Part shown: positions 18,860 to 28,370 of the stretch, piece by piece
How positions within the stretch are numbered: position 1 is the first letter of the stretch
Layout: every line of letters begins with the position of its first letter
Origin: Escherichia coli
Lineage (GTDB): Bacteria > Pseudomonadota > Gammaproteobacteria > Enterobacterales > Enterobacteriaceae
Assembly (NCBI GenBank): GCA_022969815.1
Contig: GCA_022969815.1_4535.1
Direction: 5' to 3' (one strand)
DNA length: 64,000 nt
Program-made: the position numbers and the translations under genes
The notes under the pieces: model-generated
Seen by the model: the letters and a program-made list of their open reading frames with translations, nothing else
What the model was told of the DNA's origin: nothing
The model's database searches: none

Positions 18860-20905
18860 TTATCGTGTTACAACAACCATGTCCACGATATTACCCACAC
18901 CTGGATACGTCAACTGTAGAATTGTCACAGCACTTGCTGCTGTTGCTACATCCGTATCGTTCAGTGCTCCGTAAGACGCATCCAGCGTCACGGTGTGTCC
19001 CGTTGTATCTTGCAGAAGGTAAATCATTGCAGAGAAAGCTTTCGGTTTTGTAGCCCCTGTAACTCCAGGCCATGCTCCGATCGTCAATGCGTCTGTAACG
19101 TTGACCACGTACATATTGGTGGCTCCAGAAGGAGTCCAAGAAGTACCTGAACTTGCTACCGTAGTAGTTTCCAGTTCCAGATAACCCGCTGTTACCTTCG
19201 TAGGCGTGATTGCTTCTGTAGGATCTCCCGCAGAGATTTCAATCCAATCACCATCAGAACGCCCGTAGGTTAAACCATCTTCAGGAGCTTCAGGAATGCT
19301 TGGAAGTGTACCAACTTGCGTCCAAACAGTAGCAGCGGTTTTCTTAAAGACAGCCCCTGTTGCAGTGTTGAAAGCGTAGTCGTTAATAACACCTTCGGCA
19401 TTGGTTGGGTTGGTTGCAGCTACAAACCATTGCGCTCCATCCTTACCATCTGTTCCATCAGTCCCTGGTGTACCGTTAGTTCCGTCTGTTCCGTTAGTAC
19501 CTGCTGGACCTGGATCACCCTTATCTCCCTTGTCACCTTTGTCCCCTTTTATACTACCCATGTCAACAAAAGAGGCGGTGTTCGTATCTTTGTCATAAGT
19601 GTAGATATAGAGGTTGCTGGTGTCTTCTGTCAGATAAGCATCGCCGTAGCTGTTGTACGTTGGCAGCGCAGAACCGTTTGGTACATGACCTTTGGCAGTG
19701 ATAGATGTTCCACCAAGGCTTCCTACGTTCATCCAGTCTGTAGCGCCTTCTACCCAAACATACAAGTTGTTGTTGATAATATATGCATCACCAACTTCCC
19801 CTGTTGCTGGGAGTTCAGATTCATTAGAGAGAACGTCTAAGATTTCCAAGCCAGAACCTGTTGCACCAACTGGACCTTGTGGGCCTACTTCACCCTGATC
19901 GCCTTGTTGACCCTGAATCCCTTGGTCGCCTTTCTCCCCTTTGATCGCTGCGATAAAATCTACTTCTGTCCCTGTGTTACCGATATCTAACCAAGATTGG
20001 TAAGCTGACTTCCCTTCGTCACCGTCTGTCCCATCAAGACCATCAACACCTGCTTCACCTTGCGGACCTTGTGGGCCTACAATGTTACCCATGTTAACCC
20101 AGTCTTCACCATTAGAGACATAAAGATATCCGCCAATAGAGTAAGCTTGGCTTACGTTATTTGGGTTAGCTGCTGGTAGGTTAGCAGTAGAGTCAAGATC
20201 CCCACGGTAATCAAAACCGTTCGCATTAAGACCTGCCGCCCCTTGTGGACCTTGAGGACCAACATCTCCTCGATCTCCTTTCAGGGATTCCAGGTAGTCG
20301 TAAATTGTACCAGTATTACCTATTGACAACCATACTTGGTACGCTGACTTCCCTTCTGGACCCAGAGAAGAAATCATTTTCCAAGTTGCGCCGTCCCAAG
20401 CGTAAATTGCGTCCCCGACAATCCAACCATCTCCTAAAGCATTACCTGTTGTAGGTAATTGGTTGATGTTGTTCAAAGATCCTTTGATATTTAATTGTGC
20501 GCCAGTGTCACCTTTAAGAGACGCTAACCACTGTTGTTCTGTGCCTACGAAACCATTATCCAGAGCAATCTGGTAGGCTGATTTCCCAGCTTCAGGGATT
20601 TGAGAAGAGATGTTATTGATCTCTTGCTGCATTATTGCAAAACGGGCATTAATTACTGCGATATCATCAGCAGTGCCTACGCTCTCCCATCCAGTGGAGT
20701 TAATGCCGCCTGTGCTTGCCGGAGTAGAGTTCTCAGGAACAACTTTCGGAAAAGCACCTTTCCATTTATAATAGTTACCGTCATCATCTAAAAGCAGAAC
20801 TTCACGGGCATTACGTAAAGTAAATCCCGCTGCAAAGCTTCGACGTTTACGGTACGTAGCTTCGACCATATCTGCAATCGAGCTATTCGGTCTTGTTAAA
20901 AGCAT
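18860..20905 (-). CDS. tail fibre protein with collagen-like Gly-X-Y repeats
   Basis: Several G-X-Y runs (GPQGPQGEAGVDGLDGTDGDEG, GDQGIQGQQGDQGEVGPQGPVGATG, GDKGDKGDKGDPGPAGTNGTDGTNGTPGTDGTDGKDG) interspersed with repeated GKSAYQxWL..GNTGT...LKG modules. Confidence 0.65.
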   Translation of the reverse strand: MLLTRPNSSIADMVEATYRKRRSFAAGFTLRNAREVLLLDDDGNYYKWKGAFPKVVPENSTPASTGGINSTGWESVGTADDIAVINARFAIMQQEINNISSQIPEAGKSAYQIALDNGFVGTEQQWLASLKGDTGAQLNIKGSLNNINQLPTTGNALGDGWIVGDAIYAWDGATWKMISSLGPEGKSAYQVWLSIGNTGTIYDYLESLKGDRGDVGPQGPQGAAGLNANGFDYRGDLDSTANLPAANPNNVSQAYSIGGYLYVSNGEDWVNMGNIVGPQGPQGEAGVDGLDGTDGDEGKSAYQSWLDIGNTGTEVDFIAAIKGEKGDQGIQGQQGDQGEVGPQGPVGATGSGLEILDVLSNESELPATGEVGDAYIINNNLYVWVEGATDWMNVGSLGGTSITAKGHVPNGSALPTYNSYGDAYLTEDTSNLYIYTYDKDTNTASFVDMGSIKGDKGDKGDKGDPGPAGTNGTDGTNGTPGTDGTDGKDGAQWFVAATNPTNAEGVINDYAFNTATGAVFKKTAATVWTQVGTLPSIPEAPEDGLTYGRSDGDWIEISAGDPTEAITPTKVTAGYLELETTTVASSGTSWTPSGATNMYVVNVTDALTIGAWPGVTGATKPKAFSAMIYLLQDTTGHTVTLDASYGALNDTDVATAASAVTILQLTYPGVGNIVDMVVVTR

Positions 20906-20944
20906 TTATTTACTCCTGATTAATCATTCGTTTATCGTTGGGAG

Positions 20945-20970
20945 TTAAAAGGGGGACAAGCCCCCTTTCA
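20945..20970 (-). terminator. terminator hairpin (minus strand)
   Basis: minus-strand AAGGGGGCTTGTCCCCCTTTT. Confidence 0.55.
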
Positions 20971-20971
20971 C

Positions 20972-23900
20972 TTATGTCGTCGGAGTATCAATCACCGGAG
21001 TAGGACGAATTACCGCAGTGTTACCAACCGCAACGTTGCTTGCGCTATTAGGAATAGTTGTGATACGTACTCCTGCTGCTGTCGCTGTTTGGATAGGATC
21101 TGCAATATCCACCTTCACTGGGTTGGTCCAAGTATCGTTATCCTGATAAGGGGCACGAGTGATTACTGTGTCCAAATCAGATCCGCCTGGACCCGCACCT
21201 GGGATACGGATACGTGTACCTGCTGACAGTGGGTAATGATATAACCAAGAAGCATTTGTCGCTGTACCGTTAGGTGTCAGGTTCTGCACAATCGATTTAT
21301 CACCAACATTTGTCGCTCGGATACCGAAGGCTGGAATGTCTGGGATGTACGCACCACTTGTAGTTACAAGGAAGAACGTGTTATCTGCTTTAACGATAAT
21401 ATCTCCTTTATCGAACTCTTTCCCTGTTGGGAAGTGCATCCCGTCAATGTTACGACCTGGGATTGCTTCGATGTAGTAAGATTTACCAGTAGAGCCTACC
21501 AGAGCACCAATACCACCTGCGATGTTCGTATACATATTCGCTTCAACGTTACAGTTGATACGATGTATATCCGAGTAACGGCAACGGCTCCATTGAGGAC
21601 GACCAGTTACCATTGTGTTTCCATTTGGATAGCAGTTTACGTTCACCATCTCCAGTACGGACTTCTCTCTACGGAAGAAACCATCGTAGAAAGTACCTGG
21701 ACCAGATTCAGGCTGACCCACACACTCGAAAGAGTTACAAGTGATGTTAGCCATTGACAACCAAGAAGCGATACCAAACAATTGCAGAGCGTTACAACGG
21801 ATGTTATCGAAGCTAACGCGGTTCTCAAAGCCTGGACCCGCTGATACACCTGCGAAGACACGTCCTGTAGCTGTATGTACGTTACGTACCGAGTAATTGA
21901 AGCAAGGGTTTGATGGGCGACCCTGTGCAGGAACAACAGGTTTACCATCCTCGCCTAAAACTGCGTTCGTACCCCATTCCAGATAGATCATACGGATTGC
22001 ACTTGGCAACGTACTGTCGTCTGTAATAGGCTCACCATAAACACCATCGATCGTGAAATCTTTACAGCCGTACATTACAACAGCGCCTGTTGCAAGCCCT
22101 GTACCAACAGAAACTGTCTGGTCAGGATCACCGTGGATGTTCTGGATAGAAATGTTACGACCAACTTCTACGTGAACAATCTGGCGGCAACGTTTCGCAA
22201 ATACGTTACGGATTGTAATATTCTTACAATACTGCGTATCTGGAATGTCATAACCGTATGGGCCTTTACCTGCTACACCGATACCGATACCCCAGTTGGA
22301 AAGAGGAATTGGTGCGTTCGTTCCGTCGATGTGAGACAAGTAGATGTTCTCAATAACACAACCTTCATCGTAGTGCTTGTTGATTACGTTCAGTTCGATT
22401 GCATCGCCCTGCATATCCATAAACGTCAAGTTACGGAAGACACCGCGACTAACTGGTTCACCAGTACCTTGTTGAAGGATACCGTAAAGTCCGTTTTTAA
22501 ACGTACAGTTGTCAATCTCAAAAGTACCTGGAATTGGGTTGCCCTGGAATACCAAGCTACCAACCTGTCCTGGACGAGGTGCACCATCCCACAAGCAGTC
22601 ATAGATACGCACATCGCCACCCCAGTACATTACACGGGAGTTGCGGAAAGTTGTACCTTCCACTTTACAGTTTTGTAGACGGTAGTCACGTTGTCCACGG
22701 AAGACACCACCAAGGAGGGTGATCCCAGTAATATCAAAAGAACTTGTAGTGAAGGTCATATCACAACCATAAGCATTCAGGATCTTGCTCTTGGTTGCTG
22801 CTGTTGCCACGAGAGCCGCTTGGAAAGCTGCTTCTGGAGTAGCGTACACTGCACTGTTTGCAAACTCGGACAGGTAAACAACATCAAACAGATCATCAAA
22901 CTTACCACCATGTGGAGTTAACAGACCTTCTGTGTTTGTCAGTACCCAAGCATTTGGACCTACGCCACCAGAGGAGGCAAGGGTGTCACTCGCAGAGAGA
23001 GTTTTTGGCAAAGTGCCAGCCCAACGGTAACGACCTGCACCCATACCAATAGTCTGGTGTTTAAGGGTCAGGGTAATTTCATTACCGAAACTGGTAGGCA
23101 GATGTACATATTGCTGACGTTCAACTGCTAATGCTGCCAAGTCAACAGTACCAGAAGAGTGGGTAAGAACACCAGTATCTGATAAGCTAACAAATGTCCC
23201 AGTTAAACCAGGTGGCAGGGTGTAAGCTATTTGGTTAGTGGCATCATACAGGGCTTTCAGACCTACTAAAGCTTGTCCTGATTTTGCGTAAGCCACTTCA
23301 TAATTCAGGAAACCATATTTACGAGCAATTGTCTGAAGAGGAACAGCGTTCATATCTTCGGTCAATGTTTCAGTAGTTGTTTCCAGGTTAGAAATTCGGT
23401 TTTCGAGGTTAGGATCGTTTTCTGCGCTTGCTACAATCTTGCCGATGTAAGCAAACAACTGATTAGGTAATCCAGTTGCAGGATCATGTCCAAGTGGTTC
23501 GGACAAGATGATCTGACTGTTCTCAATACGGAATGCATCACCCACGATCTGGATAACGCCGTTGATAGTCACAATAGCACTATCGAACACATAAGGAGGA
23601 CTGATTACTTTTTCATAACCTGTTGCAGAGGTATACAGCCAAGGAATAACTTCACTTGGCAGTTGTTCAGTCTGCATTCCCCACAGCACCCAGTTATTGT
23701 CCCCGACTGGAGTCCCTTGCATTGGGATAGGGTTCACCAGTGTTGCTGCTGGAGCGTAGTAGTATCCACTCAAGATTCCGTTCTGATAGAAACGGAGTTG
23801 GTTGAATACTGTTTCATTGGTCCCTTGCGCCCAGGCAATAGGACTTTTGAAGTAAAAGTTATCAACCAAAGCCTTACGTAAAGTCGGAATCAATCCTGAT

Positions 23901-24022
23901 TCCGTATCAATACTTTCTGTTGCGCTTCCGTTGATGATATCATGTATCTGGTTAGAAGAAAAGATTACCAGATCTACGCCCTGTTCCAAGGACGTAGCGG
24001 GATATGTTGGGAATAGTGTCAT
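20972..24022 (-). CDS. tailspike-like protein, probable right-handed beta-helix (depolymerase candidate)
   Basis: 1016 aa; long Asn/Gly/Val-rich repetitive central region typical of pectate-lyase-like beta-helices. Confidence 0.5.
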   Translation of the reverse strand: MTLFPTYPATSLEQGVDLVIFSSNQIHDIINGSATESIDTESGLIPTLRKALVDNFYFKSPIAWAQGTNETVFNQLRFYQNGILSGYYYAPAATLVNPIPMQGTPVGDNNWVLWGMQTEQLPSEVIPWLYTSATGYEKVISPPYVFDSAIVTINGVIQIVGDAFRIENSQIILSEPLGHDPATGLPNQLFAYIGKIVASAENDPNLENRISNLETTTETLTEDMNAVPLQTIARKYGFLNYEVAYAKSGQALVGLKALYDATNQIAYTLPPGLTGTFVSLSDTGVLTHSSGTVDLAALAVERQQYVHLPTSFGNEITLTLKHQTIGMGAGRYRWAGTLPKTLSASDTLASSGGVGPNAWVLTNTEGLLTPHGGKFDDLFDVVYLSEFANSAVYATPEAAFQAALVATAATKSKILNAYGCDMTFTTSSFDITGITLLGGVFRGQRDYRLQNCKVEGTTFRNSRVMYWGGDVRIYDCLWDGAPRPGQVGSLVFQGNPIPGTFEIDNCTFKNGLYGILQQGTGEPVSRGVFRNLTFMDMQGDAIELNVINKHYDEGCVIENIYLSHIDGTNAPIPLSNWGIGIGVAGKGPYGYDIPDTQYCKNITIRNVFAKRCRQIVHVEVGRNISIQNIHGDPDQTVSVGTGLATGAVVMYGCKDFTIDGVYGEPITDDSTLPSAIRMIYLEWGTNAVLGEDGKPVVPAQGRPSNPCFNYSVRNVHTATGRVFAGVSAGPGFENRVSFDNIRCNALQLFGIASWLSMANITCNSFECVGQPESGPGTFYDGFFRREKSVLEMVNVNCYPNGNTMVTGRPQWSRCRYSDIHRINCNVEANMYTNIAGGIGALVGSTGKSYYIEAIPGRNIDGMHFPTGKEFDKGDIIVKADNTFFLVTTSGAYIPDIPAFGIRATNVGDKSIVQNLTPNGTATNASWLYHYPLSAGTRIRIPGAGPGGSDLDTVITRAPYQDNDTWTNPVKVDIADPIQTATAAGVRITTIPNSASNVAVGNTAVIRPTPVIDTPTT

Positions 24023-24028
24023 TTATAA

Positions 24029-24364
24029 TTAACCCTTACTCTGTGTACGTTTAGTAATATCCTCTAACATCATCTGGATCGTTGCATTCTTGAGGTCCAT
24101 GATTTTTTCAATCTTCTGCTCAAGAGTCGTATTGTTCGCCAGTAATGTAGAGTTAATCTGATTCAGCATTTGAGTAAGTTCAGCTTTCGTTGCGTAAGTG
24201 GATTCGACGAAAACAAGTTTCTTTTCCAACTCACGGGCCTTGTCTTCGACCTTCTCCAAATCAACACCAAACTTATCTATTTTTTGTTTAAACAGAAACC
24301 AGATTAAACCGATTAGAGGGATGATTGCATCCTTAGCAAGACCCCAGACTTCTTGAAATTCCAT
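24029..24364 (-). CDS. hypothetical membrane-anchored coiled-coil protein
   Basis: N-terminal hydrophobic segment IIPLIGLIWFLF then coiled-coil-like sequence. Confidence 0.45.
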   Translation of the reverse strand: MEFQEVWGLAKDAIIPLIGLIWFLFKQKIDKFGVDLEKVEDKARELEKKLVFVESTYATKAELTQMLNQINSTLLANNTTLEQKIEKIMDLKNATIQMMLEDITKRTQSKG

Positions 24365-24375
24365 ATTTGCATCCC

Positions 24376-24921
24376 TTATTTTGTTGGTAGGGTAGGCCAG
24401 TTAACCTCGTAAGGATATCCCTCTTGAAGAGGCACACGGTTCAATTCCACAACATAAACTTGGAGTTGCTTCAGTTCCGCAAGTTCTTCGGGTGTCGCTA
24501 TCTCAAGATCTTTTGCATATTGCAAAGGCGTGATAAGGGCAACGGCTGCTTCTTGCTTATTCTTTATTTCAGCAGAAACCTTGACAATCATTTGTTCACG
24601 ACTGTACTCTTTATCTTTCAGTGTAAGAGTTTCTAAGTCTAAAACCTTGTCACGGATATCTTCGAAACTTGTAATCTCAAAATCAACTTGTGCAAGAGAC
24701 ATGTTTTCGGGACACAACAGAGTAGGATCTGTGTTCCAAAAAACTATACGGTTCTGATCGTCAAACACAACTTTCATTTTGTCGTTTTTTAACAGACCAT
24801 CGCGTAATTCATACCAATCAAAACCCTGGTCGCAAAGTAGGAACAAAATGTTCTCTACTTCTACGAGTTCTCTTAGGGCGGGATCTTCTGGGATATACTT
24901 CTTAAAATTAGTGTAGAGCAT
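24376..24921 (-). CDS. hypothetical protein (possible tail fibre assembly factor)
   Basis: ORF between fibre genes. Confidence 0.4.
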   Translation of the reverse strand: MLYTNFKKYIPEDPALRELVEVENILFLLCDQGFDWYELRDGLLKNDKMKVVFDDQNRIVFWNTDPTLLCPENMSLAQVDFEITSFEDIRDKVLDLETLTLKDKEYSREQMIVKVSAEIKNKQEAAVALITPLQYAKDLEIATPEELAELKQLQVYVVELNRVPLQEGYPYEVNWPTLPTK

Positions 24922-25983
24922 TTAGCCTCCAATATCGTACCAGTTTCCGTTCACGTTTCGCTGGAGACGTTTGAAGTAAACACCACCAATGTTATCCGCA
25001 GAACTACGGCCTGTTTCCTGGACAATAATACCAGAAAGAACATAGCCGGAAGAACAAACATATGTCCAAGACACTTCGTTACCTGGTGGGTAATATACGC
25101 CTTGGCTGGTATAACGTATGTCACGAACAAAAGTACCATTCGCATAGTTATAGTTGTTACTGATCTGGTTTTGCAAGTTATTGTTCACGTTGTCAATACG
25201 TGAGTTCAAGTTGTTGTTAACGTTGTTCAGGTTGTTTTGAACAGAGTTAATATTCGTTTGCAAGGTGTTCTGTAAAGAGCTTAAACGTGAGTTCAAGTAA
25301 TCTAAACGAACCAGAGCATTACCGTTCCCAGTATCTTGTCCACTATTAGATCGTGGATTATCAATCAGGACATAACCACCATCATACAAACGTACTGCAC
25401 AGGATACGTTACCATTGGTAGGGTTCCTGCGATACATGTAAAGGTGTCCTCCGTTATTGTATTCGGAAGAGATTTCACCGTTGGTTTGACCTGCGAAGTT
25501 TTTAAAGAATATAGTAGCAGGATCTGAAGTAGATGTACCATTTACATAAATATCTCCACCATAGATAGCACCGCCGCCGTCACGTTTAACTAACACGTTA
25601 GGGGTTACTGTAGTGCTTGTTGCATCTGTGATGTTTGAAGATAAGTGGTTGTGGCTGTTATCTACAACTTGGATAGAAAGCGTTACTGCTGCATTTCCGT
25701 TCCAGGTTACTTCACCTGTTGCATCCCCTGCCATTGTTATTTTAGTACCAACCAGAGGAAGATATGTATTTGGTAATGTTGGAAGAAACTCGTCAACCAG
25801 ATAACGAATCCATAGCCCGTTATTGTTGAGTACCCAGTTCATTTCTTCACAAGTCATGATCTGACCATAATCCATACCCACGGTACGAATAATTTCTTTA
25901 GGTCGAATCTTGTTTAAGTTTTGTGTTCCTGGGAGGGTAACTGTTTCTACAGCCCAATCAGGATAGTATATTGGCTTCGCCAT
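24922..25983 (-). CDS. tail fibre protein (short) with Asn-rich coiled-coil repeats
   Basis: NNLNNVNNNLNSRIDNVNNNLQNQ heptad-like repeats. Confidence 0.5.
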   Translation of the reverse strand: MAKPIYYPDWAVETVTLPGTQNLNKIRPKEIIRTVGMDYGQIMTCEEMNWVLNNNGLWIRYLVDEFLPTLPNTYLPLVGTKITMAGDATGEVTWNGNAAVTLSIQVVDNSHNHLSSNITDATSTTVTPNVLVKRDGGGAIYGGDIYVNGTSTSDPATIFFKNFAGQTNGEISSEYNNGGHLYMYRRNPTNGNVSCAVRLYDGGYVLIDNPRSNSGQDTGNGNALVRLDYLNSRLSSLQNTLQTNINSVQNNLNNVNNNLNSRIDNVNNNLQNQISNNYNYANGTFVRDIRYTSQGVYYPPGNEVSWTYVCSSGYVLSGIIVQETGRSSADNIGGVYFKRLQRNVNGNWYDIGG

Positions 25984-25992
25984 TGGAACTCC

Positions 25993-26622
25993 TTAATCGA
26001 TTTGTTTCAGAAGCATACACATGCGTCCAGTTTCATCTCCTGTAGATTCCAAGTACAAGGAACCCAAACCACCAATACCATGAGGATCTTTGGTAGCGTA
26101 ATAAGAGGTGAATCCAAAAGCTGATCCGGCTTTAGCTCCCAGTCGATAGTTGCTTATAATTGGGAACACACTTAAAAGTTGCTCAAGAGCTTGATCAGAC
26201 TGAAGACACAAGTTATAAAAGAACACATCAAAGGATTTATTCAATCCCACATATGTGTTAATTGTATCTCGTTTTGTACCTGTGAAACGGGCGAAGATAT
26301 CAATAATGTCCCCACGAGTCCCCGAAGAGGCAACACGATAAGCCCTGATTTTTAAAATTGTGCGGTACTCTTCATCATCAGAACCATTTCGTTCAATACC
26401 CATCTCTTCACCAAGGAGATCAAGATAATCTCCCGTGGCTGTAGATATTAAACGGTGTTTAGCAAGATAGATCATTGCCTGATCTATCTTTTGCTTTTCA
26501 CTTGATACGATGTAGAGGAGCTTGACAATGTTAGGGGAAGATTTAAAATCTTCAATCAACAGATCTTTAACGTCTTCATTGATATTCTCCCAAGTCGTTA
26601 CATGGTCAACACTCACTGCCAT
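25993..26622 (-). CDS. baseplate-associated protein
   Basis: Position immediately downstream of the baseplate J-like gene. Confidence 0.4.
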   Translation of the reverse strand: MAVSVDHVTTWENINEDVKDLLIEDFKSSPNIVKLLYIVSSEKQKIDQAMIYLAKHRLISTATGDYLDLLGEEMGIERNGSDDEEYRTILKIRAYRVASSGTRGDIIDIFARFTGTKRDTINTYVGLNKSFDVFFYNLCLQSDQALEQLLSVFPIISNYRLGAKAGSAFGFTSYYATKDPHGIGGLGSLYLESTGDETGRMCMLLKQID

Positions 26623-26624
26623 TT

Positions 26625-28112
26625 TTAGACTCCATACTCGTAGGAAATGTTATCAAGGTCGAAAGACGGGACAATATTGTAGGCAGGAATAATGTTCCCT
26701 TCTGTATATTTACTGTCGTCTTCATTATTAAGTTTAACATAAACACGGAGAGAAGTCAAGCGCCCAAAGGCAAGTGCTGCATAAATAACACCTTTAATCT
26801 GGTCGTTTGTCACAGAAGAACCCAATTCGAAATAGGCTTGCAGGTTATCCAATGCTTTAACAATGTTTTCTTTCTCTGTTCCACTTAACGTTGTACCGTT
26901 GATTGTCTGGTATACAAGTTTCAAAGAGTACGTTGCAGTAGCACCAGGAGAGAAGCGGATAATCTCTTGTCCACCGTCTTCCGTCATGACAGTAATGTTA
27001 GTTGTGCCATACGTCAAGGTATTGATTGGTTTAGTGTCGTAAATCACTTTAGCAACTTCTTCGGCACTCCCACCATACACGATTGTCTGGAAACTCATTG
27101 CAGGTGCATGTTCCTGATCGTGGATTGTCGGGTTGTCGTAAATCTTAACCTTAGTTACGCCATCAGTTTGCAACAAGGCTTTAACGATAGCTGCGCGTGT
27201 ACCTGCGTTTGCTTCATCAAGGTTATCGTTGAAACGTGAGCGGAACTCTGCGTCTGTCTCTACATCTCGTCCTGAAGAGAAAGCATAGAAGTTACCAGAA
27301 TCAAGGTAGCCTGTGAAGGTTGAAGAGATTCCAGAAATGGATTCCACACCTACCGGATTGTACCCTGCTTCCGCCCCTACCACTGGAATTTCACTCCACT
27401 TCATCCCAACAGGGACAGAAGCGTAGAATTTTATTGGTGTTACCAAACCAACAGGTTCTGCATCTCCCGCTGCTGCGAAGCCAACGTAAACGTTACTTGC
27501 GTCTGCGTGGATTAAACCTTGATCCGTAGTGGAGAGGTTGTCTCGAATAAAGTTTGCAAGATCTGTAATGAATGTCGAAGAAGCTGGAGAGAGTACTCGA
27601 CTGTTCAGACCACCATCATTTGCACTTTGTGCGTAGAAAGTTATGTTAGCCATACCTGTAGCTGTTGCATTCGCACGCGAGATTTGATATGCTGCGATCT
27701 TAGCATTCAACATAGTAGGTGCACTGACATAATAGTTCATGTCGTTGTCTGCATTAAAATACGTATCTGTACCAAGTTCAAAAGTCCAAGGGGCTTTGTT
27801 GTTGCTTTTCACATAAGCAAAACCTGAACCAGGTGCAGCGGCTGAACGGTAGAAACCACGTTTGGAGAAGATCTCATCAAGGTAGATACCTTCGGCACCA
27901 TCCAGTGTCTGGGTATTATAAACCCCTTGCATCCCTTCCCATAATGTGTAGTCGGTATAAGCAATAATACGGAACAACTGCCCGAAAACAGTATCCTCCG
28001 AAGTCGCTGCATCAGCACCAAAGGTGTTCTTAAGTGCAGTCATGTAGTTGTTAAGTACATCGTCGAATGTCGGGATTACAAATCCCGCATCGGTTAAACC
28101 ATATTCATCCAT
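26625..28112 (-). CDS. baseplate J-like protein (gp47/gpJ family), tentative
   Basis: Size, N-terminal composition and position in the baseplate block. Confidence 0.5.
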   Translation of the reverse strand: MDEYGLTDAGFVIPTFDDVLNNYMTALKNTFGADAATSEDTVFGQLFRIIAYTDYTLWEGMQGVYNTQTLDGAEGIYLDEIFSKRGFYRSAAAPGSGFAYVKSNNKAPWTFELGTDTYFNADNDMNYYVSAPTMLNAKIAAYQISRANATATGMANITFYAQSANDGGLNSRVLSPASSTFITDLANFIRDNLSTTDQGLIHADASNVYVGFAAAGDAEPVGLVTPIKFYASVPVGMKWSEIPVVGAEAGYNPVGVESISGISSTFTGYLDSGNFYAFSSGRDVETDAEFRSRFNDNLDEANAGTRAAIVKALLQTDGVTKVKIYDNPTIHDQEHAPAMSFQTIVYGGSAEEVAKVIYDTKPINTLTYGTTNITVMTEDGGQEIIRFSPGATATYSLKLVYQTINGTTLSGTEKENIVKALDNLQAYFELGSSVTNDQIKGVIYAALAFGRLTSLRVYVKLNNEDDSKYTEGNIIPAYNIVPSFDLDNISYEYGV

Positions 28113-28369
28113 TACTCATCCTCTTTGTTGTGTTCAGGGTTAGAAGACCTACCCCAACGCAGGTCTATTAGATTTTTCATTAATCGTGAGGGAGTGATCA
28201 TAAAAACAAAAGCCCAGCCCATCCATTCAGGAATTTCTTTTTCTATTCCTAAAAAGATGAACATGCCTGTCATTGTCATCATACCTACGGCGTTCCATAC
28301 TTTAGTGGAACTTACCCCGTTCCCAGGGTAAGTGCAGAACATGCCACGTAAAAATTTTTTAATGCTCAT
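28112..28369 (-). CDS. small membrane protein
   Basis: Hydrophobic segments (GMMTMTGMFIFLGI, MGWAFVFMI). Confidence 0.4.
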   Translation of the reverse strand: MSIKKFLRGMFCTYPGNGVSSTKVWNAVGMMTMTGMFIFLGIEKEIPEWMGWAFVFMITPSRLMKNLIDLRWGRSSNPEHNKEDE

Positions 28370-28370
28370 A

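Noticed and set aside
19400-19600. Short tandem nucleotide repeats (GTTCC/GTACC-like periodicity), superficially CRISPR- or VNTR-like
   Set aside because: They are the coding image of Gly-X-Y collagen repeats within the tail fibre gene; no repeat-spacer architecture.
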